Shown one piece after another: positions 60,990 through 64,000 of a stretch of 64,000 nt of DNA. Origin of the DNA: Escherichia coli O157:H7 (GTDB lineage: Bacteria; Pseudomonadota; Gammaproteobacteria; Enterobacterales; Enterobacteriaceae); the NCBI RefSeq assembly GCF_013167455.1, contig NZ_CP038328.1, one strand, 5' to 3'. Each line of letters opens with the position of its first letter. Position 1 is the stretch's first letter. The translations under genes were made by a program, and so were the position numbers. The notes beneath the pieces were generated by a model. The model made no database searches and was not told where the DNA came from. It worked only from the letters and a program-made list of their open reading frames with translations.

Positions 60990-62723
60990 TTACATACGCT
61001 CTACAGTCTCAATACCCAGCGTATCCAGACCCAGCTTCAGCGTCTTCGCTGTCAGTTGTGCCAGTTTCAGACGGCTGTTACGCACTTCTTCGTTTTCTGC
61101 GCTGAGGATCGGGCAGTGCTCGTAGAAGCCAGAGAACAGACCGGCCAGATCGTACAGGTAAGCACACATTACATGCGGCGTGCCTTCACGGGCAACCACG
61201 GTGAGGGTTTCTTCAAACTGCAGCAGGCGAGCTGCCAGTTGCGCTTCACGATCTTCACGGATGATAACCGGAGCTGCAGCCAGTTGCTCTTCGTCAATTT
61301 CTGCTTTACGGAACACGGACAATACACGCGTGTATGCATACTGCATGTATGGCGCGGTATTACCCTCAAACGCCAGCATGTTGTCCCAGTCGAAGATGTA
61401 GTCCGTGGTGCGGTTTTTGGAGAGATCCGCATATTTCACCGCACCAATACCAACCGCGTTAGCCAGTTTTTCCAGCTCGTCGGCTGGCATATCCGGGTTC
61501 TTTTCTGCCACCAGACGGCGTGCACGTTCCAGGGCTTCATCCAGCAGATCGGCCAGTTTCACTGTACCACCCGCGCGGGTTTTGAACGGTTTGCCGTCTT
61601 TACCCAGCATCATGCCGAACATGTGGTGTTCCAGCGGTACGGATTCCGGTACATAGCCTGCTTTACGGACGATAGCCCATGCCTGCATCAGGTGTTGATG
61701 CTGACGGGAGTCGATGTAATACAGCACGCGATCGGCATGCAGTGTTTCATAACGATATTTCGCACAGGCGATATCAGTGGTGGTGTAGAGATAGCCGCCA
61801 TCTTTCTTCTGAATGATCACGCCCATCGGTTCGCCTTCCTTGTTTTTAAACTCATCAAGGAATACGACGGTCGCCCCTTCGCTTTCTACTGCCAGACCTT
61901 TGGCTTTGAGATCCGCCACAATTCCTGGCAGCATTGGGTTGTAGAGGCTTTCGCCCATCACGTCATCATGGGTCAGCGTCACGTTGAGACGATCGTAAGT
62001 GATCTGGTTCTGCGTCATGGTGATGTCGACCAGTTTGCGCCACATCTCGCGGAAATATTCGTCACCGCTTTGCAGTTTTACCACGTAGTTACGTGCACGC
62101 TCGGCAAACTCTTCATCTTCGTCGTAATGCTTTTTCGCATCGCGGTAGAAACCTTCAAGGTCAGCCAGCTCCATTTCACCGGCGTTTTCCTGCTGCTGCT
62201 TTTCCAGCCATGCAATCAGCATACCGAACTGAGTGCCCCAGTCGCCGACGTGGTTTGCGCGAATCACTTTGTGACCGAGGAACTCCAGAGTACGCACTGC
62301 TGCGTCACCAATAATGGTAGAGCGCAGGTGACCGACGTGCATCTCTTTCGCCACGTTTGGCGCAGAGTAGTCAACCACAATGGTCTGTTTTTCTGGCGTA
62401 GCAACACCGAGACGATCGGACGCCAGCGCCTGCTGAACATGTTCAGCCAGGAATGCCGGATCAAGGAAAATGTTGATAAAGCCTGGACCGGCGATCTCAA
62501 CTTTGCTGGCGATACCGTTAAGATCCAGATGAGTCAGCACCTGCTCTGCTAATTGTCGCGGTGCCATACCCAGTTTTTTAGCAACTGCCATCATGCCGTT
62601 AGCCTGATAGTCGCCGAACTGAACTTTTGCTGACTGACGAACCTGCGGTTCGCAATCCGCAGGCGCGCCTGCCGCAATCATGGCCTGACGGACTTTTTCT
62701 GAGAGAAGAGCCTGAATATTCAC
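60990..62723 (-). CDS. argS: arginine--tRNA ligase
   Basis: 577 aa; class I HIGH motif ([12 protein letters not shown]); C-terminal anticodon-binding domain. Confidence 0.95.
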
Positions 62724-62938
62724 CGGAATACCTTACATTGATGAAGCGAGCAAAAATTGCCCGCACCAGTTAAAGAAATTAGGGCGGGAGTATACTGCAA
62801 ATGGCTGTTTTCGTCAGCAACGTGCGCGTGGCGTATTGCCGTTTTCACTATTGCATCAGAAGCGGCGTGAAATCAGCGGTTGGTTGGCGCAGGGCAACAG
62901 GGTAAATTAACGCTTTTACTGAAAGACGAAGAGTGATT

Positions 62939-63505
62939 ATGGCGAACTGGCAATCTATCGACGAGCTGCAGGATATTGCATCGGATTTACCGCGATTTAC
63001 CCACGCATTAGATGAACTTTCCCGCCGTCTGGGGTTGAATATCACTCCGCTGACTGCCGATCACATTTCTTTGCGTTGCCATCAAAACGCCACTGCTGAG
63101 CGCTGGCGTCGCGGGTTTGAACAGTGTGGCGAGCTTTTGTCAGAAAATATGATCAATGGCAGACCGATTTGTCTGTTTAAATTGCATGAACCGGTACAGG
63201 TTGCACACTGGCAGTTTTCTATTGTGGAGCTACCGTGGCCTAGGGAAAAACGTTACCCGCACGAAGGTTGGGAACATATTGAAATCGTTTTGCCGGGTGA
63301 TCCAGAAACGCTGAATGCCCGTGCGCTGGCATTGCTTTCTGATGAAGGACTCAGCCTACCGGGGATCTCAGTTAAAACCAGTTCGCCAAAAGGTGAGCAT
63401 GAACGATTACCGAATCCGACGCTGGCGGTCACCGATGGCAAAACGACCATTAAATTTCATCCGTGGTCCATTGAAGAGATTGTTGCCAGCGAGCAGTCGG
63501 CGTAA
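62939..63505 (+). CDS. yecM: VOC/glyoxalase-fold protein YecM
   Basis: 188 aa from MANWQSIDELQD... Confidence 0.85.
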   Translation: MANWQSIDELQDIASDLPRFTHALDELSRRLGLNITPLTADHISLRCHQNATAERWRRGFEQCGELLSENMINGRPICLFKLHEPVQVAHWQFSIVELPWPREKRYPHEGWEHIEIVLPGDPETLNARALALLSDEGLSLPGISVKTSSPKGEHERLPNPTLAVTDGKTTIKFHPWSIEEIVASEQSA

Positions 63506-63509
63506 TTAA

Positions 63510-64000
<491 letters not shown>

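Overview
Enterobacterial (Escherichia coli-type) chromosome segment, recognised by eye from the ORF translations; no database search was run. Three parts: (1) 1-10408: fliC 3' end, fliA-fliZ-tcyJ(fliY), dcyD-tcyL-tcyN, sdiA, yecF, uvrY-uvrC, pgsA and the glyW-cysT-leuZ tRNA operon. (2) 10288-31814: a ~21.5 kb decayed P2-like prophage inserted at the 3' end of leuZ and bounded by ~121 bp imperfect direct repeats. It keeps the integrase, a C-type repressor with divergent Cox-like/RHH genes, a block of small early ORFs, a GpA-like replication initiator, a ParM/ParR partition module and a tail module (sheath fragment, tube, E/E', tape measure, U, tail-fibre assembly). Capsid, packaging and lysis genes are missing. 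It is broken up by an IS30 remnant and two inverted IS3-family (IS629-like) copies, and carries AT-rich cargo genes. (3) 31815-64000: yecA, tyrP, yecH, ftnA, yecR, azuC, yecJ, ftnB, araFGH, otsBA, uspC, then the flhDC-motAB-cheAW-tar-tap-cheRBYZ-flhBAE flagellar/chemotaxis region, yecT, argS, yecM and the cutC 5' end. The best candidates for an undescribed system are the two cargo genes between repressor and integrase (a tail-anchored membrane protein plus a periplasmic protein, with the first sharing a peptide motif with the repressor tail), the prophage ParMR module, an O-acetyltransferase beside the tail-fibre assembly gene, and a translationally coupled 80-aa/37-aa membrane-peptide pair in the early operon.
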